This document shows, in pieces, positions 36,401 through 49,498 of a stretch of DNA of 64,000 nt; position 1 is the stretch's first letter, and every line of letters starts with the position of its first letter. The stretch is from Takakia lepidozioides. Lineage: Eukaryota; Plantae; Bryophyta. The stretch is taken from contig CM060732.1 in assembly GCA_030704615.1 (NCBI GenBank), positions 41,044,001 to 41,108,000 of the forward strand, in the 5' to 3' direction. The position numbers and the translations under genes were made by a program. The notes below the pieces were generated by a model. That model saw only the letters and a program-made list of their open reading frames with translations. It ran no database searches and was not told the origin of the DNA.

Positions 36401-36559
36401 CATTGAGCTCATGAATATGTTAGAGATTCAACTTTTGCCTTGCCCAATGTGTCCAGCTGGTGTCCAGCTCCTTGGAGTTGTAACTGGTGTATTGAAGCTG
36501 GCAGTTGGGAATCTGGTTTCTACGTTTCTACCAGATAACAGGTAAAGGGCAAGCGGGTC

Positions 36560-36800
36560 CATGCTGACCTCAGTAAAAGTGGAATTGCGCCGGACATCAT
36601 TCTGGAGAGTACTCTGGTCGACATGTATGCCAAATGTAGGATCATGAAGGATGCGCGTCAAGTGTTTGACAATGTGGCTCAGCGAAATGTGGTCTCACAT
36701 ATAGTAGAGAGTCTCTAGAAATGTATGAGCAAATGCTACTGGAAGGGGTGATGCCTGACTGGGTGACGTTCATTTGTGTTCTCTATGCTTGTGTGAACCT
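36560..36800 (+). pseudogene. PPR fragment
   Basis: DIILESTLVDMYAKC..MKDARQVFDNVAQRNVVS..EMYEQMLLEGVMPDWVTFICVL with stops. Confidence 0.75.
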
Positions 36801-37007
36801 AGAGCTAGATTCACACTTTGACTGTAAGAGACAGTCTCACCAACCAACATAATTTGATGACCGTACGAATTATTCTGTCAGCAAAATGCTAACGAAGGCA
36901 AAAGTAAGAGGGAGACGCGGGATTGGCCCGCTAACCTCAAAACTAAGCAGAAGTCTTTACAAATTGGCGCCTTCCCTATGCTAGGGTATGACATCGAGAT
37001 CAAAAAG

Positions 37008-38748
37008 AGGGAGAGAGCTACCAAATAGGTCCAATGCAAGATGGACAGCAATGCCCTCAACCTTGAATTCATCTCATCGGGAGGTTAAGGAAGGGATAAC
37101 AAATTCACCCCGAACAGCCACATTGGCTGTTTTGGAGCATGCTGACATGCACTCCTTAAGCACCCCCACTTGAATGGATTGTAGAGACTTAGCCTGGTTG
37201 GAGTTATCAACCCATATTGCAGATGCGTACTCCAAGCCAGGTCCAACAAGGGGAGAGAGAGAATGTACTCATAAGACATTGTTTGCCGTAGCCTTGTGGC
37301 CATTGACCCCGCGCCCGGTTAGTTTGAGTGGAACATAAAGGGACAGAACCTACCTCAAGTCAGGGGCTGACGTCAGTAGTGAGACTTACCTTGATATAGG
37401 ACATTGATTCGGGTTTTCCAGATATCCTCTAGAAATCCCTTCACACAAGCATCAATCTGATGTGTGTGGTTTGCCCAGTAACTAGGCCCCAGAAGGGCCT
37501 GGGCTTTTGGCTCAGCCTCGAGACTTTCAAAGTTGGTAAACATAGGTACAGGCACAATTCTCTTGATAGATTGGAGGAGAGCGTCTCTCTGGTGAGAGCA
37601 CCCCGGACAGTGAATCAGAAAATGAATATTGTCTTTGGGTTGCCCACACAACGGGCAATGTAACTCCCCTTTCCTCTCTGCTTCTGTTTACTGTTCAAAG
37701 GTAGGCTTCCTGCCCTGAGAGGAGAGAGAGATTGTACTCATAAGATGTTGTTTGCCGTAGCCTTGTGGCCATTGACCCCGCGCCCAGTTTGAGCGGGAAC
37801 AAAAGGGACAGAACCTACCTCTGTCAGGGGCTGACGTTGGTAGTAAGACTTACCTCCATATAAAGAATTAATCCGGGTTTTCCAGATATCCTCTAGAAAT
37901 CCCTTCACACAAGCATCAATCTGCTGTGTGTGATTTGCCCAAAAACTAGGCCTCAGGAGGGCCTGGGCTTTTGGCTCAGCCTTGAGACTTTCAAAGTTGG
38001 TAAACAGGGATACAGGCACAATTCCCTTAATAGATTTGAAGAGCGTCTCTTTGGTGAGAGAACCCCGGACAGTGTATCAGAAAATGAATACTGTCTTCAG
38101 ATTGCCCACACAACGGGCAATTGCACTCTCCCTTTCCTCTCTGCTTCTGTTTGCTGTTCAAAGGTAGGCTTCCTGCCCTGAGTTTAAATTTCAGTCTAGT
38201 GCCGAGAGTGGGTAGACCCTTGAGGTCATCCAAGATGTCCTCCCCCATGTCACAGACTGGAAACAAGTTCAGGGAAGTTTTCTGCCTAACTTCATTTTCA
38301 TCAGACAATCTCATGGCAACAGACATGGCTGAGGACACTACAGCCTCTAAGTCAGATTTATCCAGCAGGGTCAAGACTTGCGCATCCAGGTCCAGGTCCT
38401 TGAGGATCTCTTCTACTCTCTTCTGCCAGGACTTAGCCTGTTTGATGGGGCGGTCCTGTTTCCAAGATATAGAGTCGATTAATTTAGGATATCTGGTGTT
38501 GGGCATATGTTGCAGCTGACCCCACCATCTGACCTTGAATTCATCTCGTCGGGAGCTTAAGTACGGAATCCCAAACTCACCCCGAACAGCCACATTGGCT
38601 GTTTTGGAGCATGCTGACATACACTCCTTAAGCACCCCCACTTGAATGGATTCTAGAGACTTAGCCTGGTTGGAGTTATCAACCCATATAGCAGATCCGT
38701 ACTCCAAGGCAGGTCTAATAACGCGACAAAGAGGAGAGAGAGAGAGAG
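37008..38748 (-). mobile_element. Three stacked truncated copies of the LINE found at 52752-57208
   Basis: 37717-38730 is nearly identical to ~56210-57206; 37250-37716 and ~37008-37246 are more diverged. Junctions are (GA)n runs. Confidence 0.9.
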
Positions 38749-39274
38749 AATGAGAGGTTTTAGTATTTCGGTTGAGCGGTAACAGTTCAATGTTCACATT
38801 GATTCCTGCATTGTCTCGGTAAATCTGTTTGTTTCTTTCAAGGCTCCCTTGAGCGTGACAACCATATCTGATCAATTTCAAGGATGAGCACAGCATATTT
38901 TTTGTGGGTCACTGTAGCCATCAGCCAATGTTGGTCTCGATTCAAAGAGCTTGTGCACTTTCTGCCATGCAGTCAATATCTAAAGCTTCAAGAAGTGTGG
39001 TCCACTCAGTACTCAGCAGGGCCTTTGCCTGTGAGCACCTCAGGAGATCTACTATCCAGGGCCAGAGTAGTGGGTAAGAACCCCGATCACTTTGTATTTG
39101 GCCTTTAGAAAGTGGCCATAGGGCAGCAGCCCCAAATGTAACCATAAGGTTTGCTGGCTTGAGCCGTTGGCATTCACCTTCTAGGATTTTGGACTTCCTC
39201 TTGGTAATGAACCCAAACTTACCTCCTTGAAAGTTGACTTCAACAGAAGGAAGCTTTCATGCACATTGCTTGTT

Positions 39275-41377
39275 TCACCAGTAATCCCCACAAGAACAAA
39301 CCCCATCTTGGAAGTGGTGAAAGCGGTTGACATCCCGCACAACTACTGCTCGCCCAACAATCTTCGAGATGAACTTGGTGGCTGTGTGGCAGTCACCACA
39401 CACCCGAAGGTTCTTGAAGATACGAATAGGTGTCTGAGGGGGGGTGCTGATGAGCCCAAAAGCAATGGCCAGCCTCTCACTGTGATGGCAAAGAGAAAAC
39501 TCCTTTTCCTCCTCCTCCAAATCATGCAATACATATCGCGTGTCAGGAACATAGCCTGCCTCCTTCATCAAACCAGACAATCTCTTCAGCTCGGCATGGA
39601 TATCCTTAATTTGTGGATGCGATTCATCCCATCCCACAAATGTATGCACCAGGTTGTTAGCCTCAATGAAGCTGTGCCCTGCATCCTTCATGATACCCCT
39701 GCTCTCCATCAATTTTCTCACCTTTGCTTTATCTTCCCACCTGCCGGCTGCAGCATAGATGTTCGACAGCAGCACATAAGCTGCAGCTTGCTGTGGATCA
39801 CTTTCCACAATGCTTTTTGCCGCGCGTTCTGCAACCTCCACATCACAATGAACTCTGCAGGCACCTAGCAAGGCCCTCCACACAGATGCGTCTGGTTTGA
39901 TTGGCATGTTTTTGATAAAGTCTTCTGCATCATCCAATTGGCCTGACCGGCCAAGCAAGTCCACCATGCAGCCAAAATGCTCCACTGTTGGAGCAAGCCC
40001 GTGAATCTGGCTTATGGAATCAAAGTAATGAAGGCCTTCATCCACTAGACCCGCATGGCTGCATGCAGAGAGAAGAGATATGAAGGTTATACCATTGGGC
40101 TTCAAGCCCTCCTGTACCATCTGCTCAAATAGTTGGACAACCTCCCTACCACACCCATGCTGAGAGTATCCTCCGATCATGGCATTCCATGTTACCACAT
40201 TTCTCTCAGTCATATTGTCGAACAATTGCCGAGCACCCATGACGCTCCCGCATTTGGCATACATGGTGACGAGGGTATTCTCCAAGTTTACATATGATGC
40301 AAGTCCAGCTTTTATGATGTCGGCATGAACCCCTTTGCCCCTTTCCACGGCTCCTAGGCTGGCACAGGCGTTCAAAACGCAAATGAATGTCACTTCATTG
40401 GGCATCAACCCCCCAAGTTGCATTTGGTCATAAATCTCGACAGCCTCCCGCCCACACCCATGCTGAGCATAACCTGCGATCATGGCACTCCATGAGACTA
40501 CATTTTTTCTACCCATATTGCCAAACACTTGGAGTGCATCCTTCATGCTTCCACACTTGGCATACATATCAACAAGGGCATTCTCCAAATTTATATATGA
40601 CGCAATTCCAGTTCTTAGGATGTCACGATGGACCTTTCTGCCCTTTTCCAGTGCTCCGAGACTGGCACAGGCATTGAGAACACAAATGAAGGTGACCCTA
40701 TCAGGCGTCACCCCTTCCCGTTGCATATGCTCGTAGATCTCTAAAGCCTCCCCAGCACAACCATGGTTGGCATATCCTGCCATCATTATAGTCCACGTAA
40801 ATGCATTTCGTTCAGGCATTTTGTCAAATACTTGGCGTGCATCCACCACGCTCCCGCACTTGGCATACATGTTGACAAGGGTATTGAGTAGAAACAGGTT
40901 TGGTTTGAATCCACTTCGAACCATGTGTGCGTGCACCTGCTTCCCCTCTGCCAGGCCTTTCATGTTGGTGCACTCGTGCAAGATACAGACGTAAGTATTG
41001 GAGTCCGCCCGAATGCCTGATTGCTTCAAGATGTGCACCGCCTCTTTCAGTTGTCCTGCCTCGCACAGTGTCCTCACATCCCCATAGCTGCCAGAAGAGT
41101 TCTTCTTGACTTCCTCTCTTACTCCTCTTTCAATGTCACTGGTGACGGTGGGGGTGCTACCACTGCCGCCAGCCCGATGTCCTGGAATTGCCTGTGTTTG
41201 ATCCAACACTCCCATGCTGCATGATTCAAAAAACCCTTCCACCCAAGGAGGGTTCGACCAATTCTCAACCCAAAATCCCTCCTGTGCGCGCTTGGGTCTG
41301 AAGTCTGGTGCAAGCAGAGAAGCCGTCATAGCCATCAGTTGCAAGGGTCCAGCGCCCAGCACGACTCCACTGCCCAT
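39275..41377 (-). CDS. PLS-E-DYW pentatricopeptide repeat protein (organellar C-to-U RNA editing factor)
   Basis: Intact intronless 700-aa ORF with P-L-S triplets, E domains, HSERLAIAFGL, NLRVCGDCH and terminal CSCGDYW. Confidence 0.95.
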   Translation of the reverse strand: MGSGVVLGAGPLQLMAMTASLLAPDFRPKRAQEGFWVENWSNPPWVEGFFESCSMGVLDQTQAIPGHRAGGSGSTPTVTSDIERGVREEVKKNSSGSYGDVRTLCEAGQLKEAVHILKQSGIRADSNTYVCILHECTNMKGLAEGKQVHAHMVRSGFKPNLFLLNTLVNMYAKCGSVVDARQVFDKMPERNAFTWTIMMAGYANHGCAGEALEIYEHMQREGVTPDRVTFICVLNACASLGALEKGRKVHRDILRTGIASYINLENALVDMYAKCGSMKDALQVFGNMGRKNVVSWSAMIAGYAQHGCGREAVEIYDQMQLGGLMPNEVTFICVLNACASLGAVERGKGVHADIIKAGLASYVNLENTLVTMYAKCGSVMGARQLFDNMTERNVVTWNAMIGGYSQHGCGREVVQLFEQMVQEGLKPNGITFISLLSACSHAGLVDEGLHYFDSISQIHGLAPTVEHFGCMVDLLGRSGQLDDAEDFIKNMPIKPDASVWRALLGACRVHCDVEVAERAAKSIVESDPQQAAAYVLLSNIYAAAGRWEDKAKVRKLMESRGIMKDAGHSFIEANNLVHTFVGWDESHPQIKDIHAELKRLSGLMKEAGYVPDTRYVLHDLEEEEKEFSLCHHSERLAIAFGLISTPPQTPIRIFKNLRVCGDCHTATKFISKIVGRAVVVRDVNRFHHFQDGVCSCGDYW

Positions 41378-42839
41378 TTCCTGTCTGCCTCGTTAACTTG
41401 CCGAATTGCATTGCATCATGTGATCCTGCCACGTTTTATTATTGTGCAGGAGGAGACAGACCCACCAGCACGCAGCCACACCGAGAGACATTCTCCAAGT
41501 CTAGCCGACTCCAGCCACGCCAAGGGACAAACAATCCACAAACACAAAGTGGGAGTGTGGTTGATGAGAGTGCACCCACACACTGCTTAGATATCCAAAT
41601 CCAGTCCTATCAGTCGAAAGGCTTCAGAAGCCCTCTCTCTGGGTTGTTGCAAACAACTTTGACTTGTCTGTTCTACTTAGCAGTAAGATTATGCCCTCGA
41701 TATCCCTAAGCTGTTCTATTACATTGAGAGATGTCATCTGAAATGACTGCTCCCATCTACCAGGACAGATGGTACCACGAAGAGATGTTCAGTGAGGGAA
41801 ATATATTCCAATACTTGAAGTTTGATGGAACAGCAAGGTTGGAGATGACTACATCGACAGTGTAGTCTGTAAGTAATGTGTTGAAGTTGTGAATGAGTTT
41901 GCTTGTTGATAATTTCACTGGCATCGCAATCACTCACTCCATTGTGAACACTGTCACTCCTCCAACCGGTACCTGTGTCAGTGTTGTTGCAAAGTTCCTC
42001 AGAAAGTACCAGGCTTGATCTTTGAGCATGTATTATGCCAGTAGATTGCTCCCAAGGATGTGAACAGTTTCGACTTACAGAGGAGTTATGCCAGATGAAT
42101 TCAGAACCAAGGGTATCTTCACTAGAAAGCAGTTCCCTTCTATTATAACTAAAGCACAATACCTAACACCAATTTGAGTGAAAGAGTAGGCATCCACTCT
42201 TTTCCCAACCAGCCTTACTGACTAATCTGCCAAAACTCCATTAGCTGGGATGTGTGGGCAGGCTCTCATAGTTGATTAGCATGAATCGCATAGTTATGCC
42301 TTTATTGGATACCTTTGCTTTGAGCTTTGCTTTGAACTAGACCATACTCTCAATGCTTGGCCTAATGGCTTCCTTGGCGGCTTTTGATTTTTTTCCCACC
42401 CCTGTTATTAATGAATTAAATCATTTGAAACTGAAGTTGGAGCCTCTCTTATATATAAAAACCATGAATTGGCCCCATGCAAGACTGGCTGTGGGTCTTT
42501 ACAGGGACAAGCCCTTTGGATCCATGTCCACCGGGCAACAAAATCCCTGGGCCCCTTACATGACCGGGCCTGTAGGGGGCGTCTTTGTTGACAACCCATC
42601 CAACTGGTATCTTCCGCTCCCTGCACTGGCCTGTGAATTTTAGCATCTTGGAAAGGAGATCTGGTTCTAGAAATGCTGCACTCTAGGTTGGCTTAGCCAA
42701 GAAGTGCTATACGGTTGTACGCAGCAAATAAGATCAGTTTCTCATACTGATCATAGCTTGTGAGATTCGCACTCATGCCATTATGCTGTAGTTTATTCAT
42801 GCCACATTTGAAAAACCTCATGTGCATCGTGACCTGTTG

Positions 42840-45490
42840 CTATGCCGCTGTAAGATGTGGTGATGAGATTGCTGCTGGCTGTACAACTTTCCAGCTGGTC
42901 ATAGAACCATTCATGAAGTTGTAGTACCAACCATGAAGTGATAAGCGGCCATCCTTGAATCGTTCCTCCAGCCATGGGAATGTGAGCAGGTTCCCGAGCG
43001 AAACATTGATCGACTCCTGCAGATATTGAGTTTAGCCCATGAACTCATGTCCTTGGATCGCAGCTACGAATCAAATCATGTGCAATCACTTCTATGGATA
43101 CATTTGTGAGCATAAAACGAGTATGAACCGGAATCAGCATTTCATGTTCTCACAGAGGACAATTCATAGGCAAAATGACTGCAGGAGGTGTCTATGGGAT
43201 CTCAAATGAGATGTCTGTTCTCACATACAATCTTCCTTGATGTCTTAAACTTGCTCTTCGGGTCATGGAACAACAACCAGAGATATGGAGGAATGTTGAG
43301 CCTGACAAACCGGTACACAGATGGCAAGAAACACAGAAGCCAACACAGAGCGCAAGGATCAATCAACACCCAGCAAACAGGCTTAAAGCTAGAGTTCCTT
43401 ACCTGCTCACAAAAGTGGCACTGATCCTGAAATGAGTGGTCTGTACACGCAGCTAGAGTGCGGGCCTTGGCTGGCAATGCAATCTTCATCCACCTACCTA
43501 TGAAGTTACTGTCAACGACACAAAGGCAGCACAGAGATAAGATGGTAGCCAAAGAAAAACATAGATGCAGGTAGGTGGCAAGACCAGGAGGCCACGAATG
43601 GTTACAAAGAGATAATGCCACTCCCCCTGACTCTCCATTGAAAAGCCTATTAAAACATGAGACTACATACAAAATAAAGAAGACAAAAGTTTCAAGGAGT
43701 GTCACCAGCAAATTCAGGCACATTTCGTCCGAAGAACAAAATCTTCAAGACCACACAGCCAGCAGAAACACATAACGGGGTGATCGAAAGCACCTGCTAA
43801 AGTCAGACATCTGCATGAGGGCTCGTACACCCCCACAATTGCTATGCCCCAGAACAATTATATGCTCCACCTATCATCAGCCATTCAATACTTATCAGAC
43901 TACATTCCTGCAGTCAACACGCGTTCCAAGAACACCGATCTGCACTTGCAAAATGGAGCCAAAACTCTCTCTTGCATACTGACAACAGAGCCGGACCTGA
44001 AGCGTTGTCACAGCAAATTCGAGAGCAGCACTTGTCCCATGATATACTCCCTGCCACACCAACAACCAAGGTAGCAAGCGCCTTTCACTCATTATGGAGC
44101 TGAACTGGACACGGCCTTTCAATTACTCTACTGCTTGACATGTTAAATCCAACAGTTGAATGAAAGCCTGCTAGAGTTTTATGAGAATGCAGAAATGCAC
44201 TTGCCGCCACAGCCGTATGGCACAAATTGGATGAACAAACTTCTGCCAGAACTTGGAAGATCACCACATTACCCTGACGAAAACTGGTATACACAGACCT
44301 CATCCTCCTTAGGGGGAACCAGATTGGCCACGTTGCGTAATGTGAAAACCTCTCCAGGTTCAAGCCCCATTGTCAATGTTGGGCAAACCCGAGAATCACA
44401 GCATGCAATGACCATCACCTACACATTCACATGACATAAACATGAGTAAGGCTCTCTGTGTTGCCATGGAGCCTAAATGCATCACAGCTTCATAAAATCT
44501 GAGACCCAACTACTTCCCTGGCAGGAGCTGCCTTTATAACATTATAAGCATGATCTCTCGACCATGGCCACCTTCATGGTTGCTCCGCTGGACATGAACC
44601 TTAATCTGGGGTCATATTTGAAGCTAACCACTGGCTTACCCAGCCACTGTGTCTGTAAGCATATTAAGGAGAACCTCCTCAGGCCATTGCCCACCCTAAA
44701 TCTGGTGTGAAGGTAACTCTTCCACTTTGCTGGGCAGAGAAGTACCTTGGGCTCTTGGGAGGCTGCCAGCTTTCTAAACAGCTCCGTCTCCTTGCTGATT
44801 ACACCATCATTCAGAGTCATGAGAACAAATGCAATATAGTCATATGCAAATCCCTGCAGTCAATTACATCATGCGGTTTTATCCTTCCATGCTTGCTGAA
44901 GGAATGTTCATGTAAAGGTTCAAGAACTGCATGGCTCATGAATCTTCTGAGGGATCCAGGTGATTGTCAGAGATTGCTCGCTGAAATGGAAGCTGTACTC
45001 CTGAATGGTTTCTTCGTAGACAGAGCAGTGACAAAAGGTGTCTAATCCATGCAAGAGCAACAGATAATTTTAATTCCTTAACTACAAAGGAGAAACTCTG
45101 TCCCCCCTGGAGAAACAAAATCAGAGTGGAAGGACGTACGTACAGGAACTTTTCCTCCTTGAATTGGATGAAGCCTTGCATTAATCTATGGAGGATAGGA
45201 GATTGCGTGGGACTGGGTTCTCGCAACGTGTGGTTTTCGTCAACAACAACGCGTTCTGTGAGTTTGTAGGGTCCCAATGCTTGGGGCTGGCTGGTCTCTC
45301 CATTACTACCGACTGCTGCCTGAGTACTTCCAAAGGCCCAATTTCCCTGTAGATTCAGCAGTCGTCTACTCAAATCACTGTGTTCAGATAGGCCTCCGAC
45401 AACACCACTTCTGGCCGCACACTTATCTTCTCGCCGCACAACTTTGCAAAGAAACGAGGAGTGTCCAAGCACCCTCTTCCCATGGATCAT
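42840..45490 (-). CDS. BCA: Beta carbonic anhydrase (multi-exon; start uncertain, possibly upstream at ~46111)
   Basis: Exons encode [15 protein letters not shown] / [16 protein letters not shown] / [29 protein letters not shown] / [10 protein letters not shown] / [11 protein letters not shown] / QCHFCEQ / [23 protein letters not shown]; stop at 42840-42842. Confidence 0.93.
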
Positions 45491-46863
45491 TTTTTACGAC
45501 TATGACGACCTCTCCCTCATATGTCTGGATGGTCTCACAACAAGTCCGAGTGAGAGTACTGGTACTTCCTGCAGCTTGGAATTAATGCATTCAGAGGATT
45601 ATCCTATGGCTCACCGGCCTATCCATCCTTATGAAGACCTTAAGGTGCCCTCTTGTAGAATCCTTCCAACATTATCATCTTTCCAAGCTCAAAGAAGGGA
45701 TCCAAATTGAAGATTCCAATCTGCACCTGCACATACAGCATTACAGATTACAGAAGCAGACGGGTTTTAATACTGAGCGACTAGAGACAGAAAGAGGGAT
45801 GTCATCACAAGAGTTGGAAGATCTTGTCACACACCCCGTACACAGATGGGGAATGCTGCATATGTACAGAGAGGCTGACGTGGCCAGTTTTTCCCTCCTT
45901 GGCAATGTTAACGCAATTGCAGCACACATGTAGAAAGACACGGTCTTTCTTCAATTGATGATTCCGTAATCTGAAGCTTCGGAAACCTCCGACTGCCATT
46001 CAAAGTGCTGGAGAATTCGAGCACATATATGCATGTGGAAGTGCTGTTGGGCAACACCAGAAATGCTCTGCTGGGTTCAAAGTTCAAAGCCATATGGGTG
46101 TAGCCTTCCATAGCTAACACAGCACTGGTCACCTAATGTGGGGCATTTGGAGATTGTTTGTCAATTTCATAGTTGTAGGAAGGTGGTTGAAATTCTCGGA
46201 CATTTATTCAACTGAGTGTGAAGACAATCAAATCTTTTACACATTCATCTCATGATCTGCTTTTTCTTTGCATCAAAGATCTTGCTCATCAATCAATCAC
46301 GATGATGGAAGTAATCTGAGCAGTGATCTATGCTAGGACTGCTTCATAGTGGTTGCTGGAAGGCTACGTACTTCAAACTCTTTATTCAATTTCGATGAAC
46401 CCGGGGTAATTGGTCACAAATGAGGCATGGGAGTAGCTCCTGCATCTGCTTGCTTGTGTTTTCAAAGACGTCAATACTGACAAACATCTCATTACCCAGA
46501 CCACAGGCAATCATGCGCTAGGTACTTGTGATCCCACACCTGAATGAGGCATAGGTAAGCAAGGGAGGGAAAGTACTAAAAGGACTTAGTACTTTCCTGT
46601 TTCAGTTTCAAAACTACTACCAAAATAGATTAAGAGAAGAGACGACAAGACATGAAAATGACAGAGGTTGGGAAAGAAAACACTGCTATGGGGATCTCTT
46701 CATTCAAGGCCAGGTGGAATACTGGCGTTTGACAGTGGTATACTGCAATACAGGACCGAGAAAAGTGCTCCAGTTTAGTGGTGTTGTGATGTGTACCATG
46801 GGACCCACAAGGTGAGAAACAGTTGAGCAACATGTGAGTCAGCTAAGGATGGCTAGTAAGTAA

Positions 46864-49498
46864 TTAGACAGCCAATTCTTCATGCAAGGGCTGGTTGGCT
46901 TTGTTTGCCTCTTCAATGAGCGCATACATTGTTCTCAGCGCATCCTTCCGATTCTCTTCCCTGTGCTCATTCCTGCATCAGAATCTTCCTTCAGTCTCCC
47001 AGGTAATACCTACTTTCTAATTGGTGTGCGACAATGTTCCAATACTTGCAAAATTCAATCATTGTCCAAATTGTGTATGAAGGACTAGAGACTAGACAAC
47101 TGGGGATATTATTGGCTAACAGAAAAGCATATCTGGTTACATACTGATTTTCTTACCCTTTGGGCTGGCATCCTCTGTCTTTCTCCGCACCCCTCTCTCA
47201 TCACCATGGGTTGAGGTCCATCCATACCACTCTCTTTACACATTGTAATTGCAGGTTTTGTCCCGTCATAAACTGAAACAACCTTTAGAGCATCCGGAAT
47301 GAGAAGCTTCCCAGGTATGTCAATAAGAAAGTAGCGGGGAGACTTCATTATCTCAATCTAATCTATTTCCGGGACAATGCAAAGACACAACACACCTTTC
47401 CATGACAATAGTCAATTCGTCATTGTTTGGGTTGTAGCGTTTGCCAACAAGAAGCAGCATCCGTTCCCGAGCTTCTGGGGTAAGCAGAAGCTCTTTCAAG
47501 TAGACTGAAAGTTTCACTTTGCGGTTAGCTGGGTGCCATCCATCACCACCTGGCCCCAACACTACCCTAGTCTGCCACCGTAATATGGGGCCTTCTCCAG
47601 GTGGTTCTCCCTTTGGAGCCTCTCCTTTCCCATAAATATCACTGTCTGCAAAAAGTGTCCTCTGTAAGAAATCAACATACCACCAAGAGAAAAGAGAGTG
47701 GATTTTGGGGAGTAGGCGGCGGCGTTTTTTCTGCTGGCAAATTTTCGCCAAAAAACCCCTTTTTTTTCGGCCTCCTACCTCACTAAAGGAAAATGAAGGC
47801 ATTTGTTTTCCAATTTCACAGACGAACGAGAGGTTGTCTCCAGAAAATCCGTATGATCGTCAACGTGGGCCTGTTAAAACCTGCCAGTTGTCATATAGCG
47901 ACATTTCAACTGAAGTTCCTTATCCCGGTGGGGTTGATGCATTCCTTCTAACATGAGGGTGGTCTCTATCTCAACAGACCACCCATACAATTCCAGATAA
48001 TATGATCATTGGTTTTCTAGAGTCTGTAGACCTCGGGTCCAAACCACAGAGAGATGGAGAAGGGGTAGGGGGGCAGGTACCTGGAAAAATGCCATCAAGG
48101 GTAGGATGACCTAGCCATTTGTCGACAATTCCGCGTGCATTATACAAATGAGTGATGCTTTCTTCCAGCGGCACCATGTCGAGCTCATCCTCAAAGCCCC
48201 GGTCATATGTTCCAAATCGTTCTCTCCTCCGTAATTTCTTCCGCCGTGGCAGCTTTTCACCTTCTTTTGGGGGTGCATCTGCATGGAGAATCTTGTCAGA
48301 ATATTAGAGACTACATATAAACTTTTGATGTGTTCTTATTGGAAGAGGATCCCCTTACTTTTATAGTTCAATCTGGCCTCTCCAAAGAGCATTCCAGGGA
48401 TTGAAACCTGCCAACTAACTTGTACAGACACAGAGGGCATAATAAAGGAAGGAATGCACAGGATGTTTTGTAGTAAATAAGCTCTCCATCAGCCATGCAA
48501 GCTCAATTTTGGCAGCTGCATGCCAGTGCCATGACAACTTCCAGCTGAATTTTTAGTATGAAAGTCCTATATGAACACATCCATGCATTCTTTTCCAAAT
48601 CCCCTTTATACTGTACTGCACGGTAGGCCAGAGGTCCTATCGGACAGTACAAAACAGGGAGAGAGAGAATGTACTCATGCCCGTTCCCTTTGAGCCTTGG
48701 CTTGCCATAACCTTACGGCCATTGACCCCGCCCTGCGGGAAACTAACCCTCCCAGAGCCCTTTACCATAGAAGTCACGACTGCACCCTTGTTATTCCTTT
48801 AAGGGTGTACTTGCTGACCTTTTTTGGCTGTAAGGCCAACCAGAATCTTTCATCATCACCACCCTGTCGGTTGGAGTTAATTTCGCGGGTACAGCTCTTC
48901 CCAACACATTTTCTTCTGAGCCTTACTAGCCAACTTACATCTTTTGGCAGAGAGAGAGAGATATATTATACATGCAACGCTGTCCCATGCACTAGCCTTG
49001 AGGGCATTGATCAAGCGGACAAACTCAATATGCAACTGCCAGCCCATGCATTGTCCCCCTTGCAAGACTGAGCTTCACTCTAGCTAGTCTCAAAACACAA
49101 ATGTGAAATTGGCTAGCTAATTGACAATACGAAAGTTCATAGCACTACAGTGATTTCTAACGAAACCCATCGCAGCATAGTGGTCTTCCCTTTGTCTCCA
49201 GAAATATTCAACTAATAAAACCGACACCATTCACAAACGAACGCATACCAGAAAAAGACGAAGAGTAGAGAAGGGGGAGGAGATGAGGAGGGGCACCTGG
49301 AGGTGAGCCGCCATCCGTAGAGAAAGATCTACATTGTTGCAACAAGTGCGGCAACGATTGTGAAGCTGACGTTCGGGTGGAGGACGCAGGATGCGAGGGA
49401 CCCAGAGAAGAACCGGAGGCCGATTTCAATGTGCATTTTGTTACAGGCGCTAGAGCTCGTTGTGCATGCTGCCAGACCACTGCCCTTGCCTTTTGCAT
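46864..49498 (-). CDS. MRPS35: Mitochondrial small-subunit ribosomal protein mS35 (S24/S35 family), multi-exon
   Basis: Presequence-like exon 1 (..CRSFST); ILRWQTRVVLGPGGDGWHPANRKVKLSV...LVGKRYNPNNDELTIVMER; last exon HREENRKDALRTMYALIEEA. Confidence 0.85.
48657..48961 (-). mobile_element. Short intronic retroposon sharing the LINE 3' tail
   Basis: GAGAGAGAATGTACTCAT...GGCCATTGACCCCG matches the LINE 3' ends; (GA)n on both sides. Confidence 0.55.

Noticed and set aside
33500-36500. Many short ORFs
   Set aside because: No recognisable motifs or consistent exon structure.
39227-39868. 213-aa ORF antisense to the DYW domain, and similar shadow ORFs over gag/pol and PPRs
   Set aside because: Opposite-strand shadows of real coding sequence.
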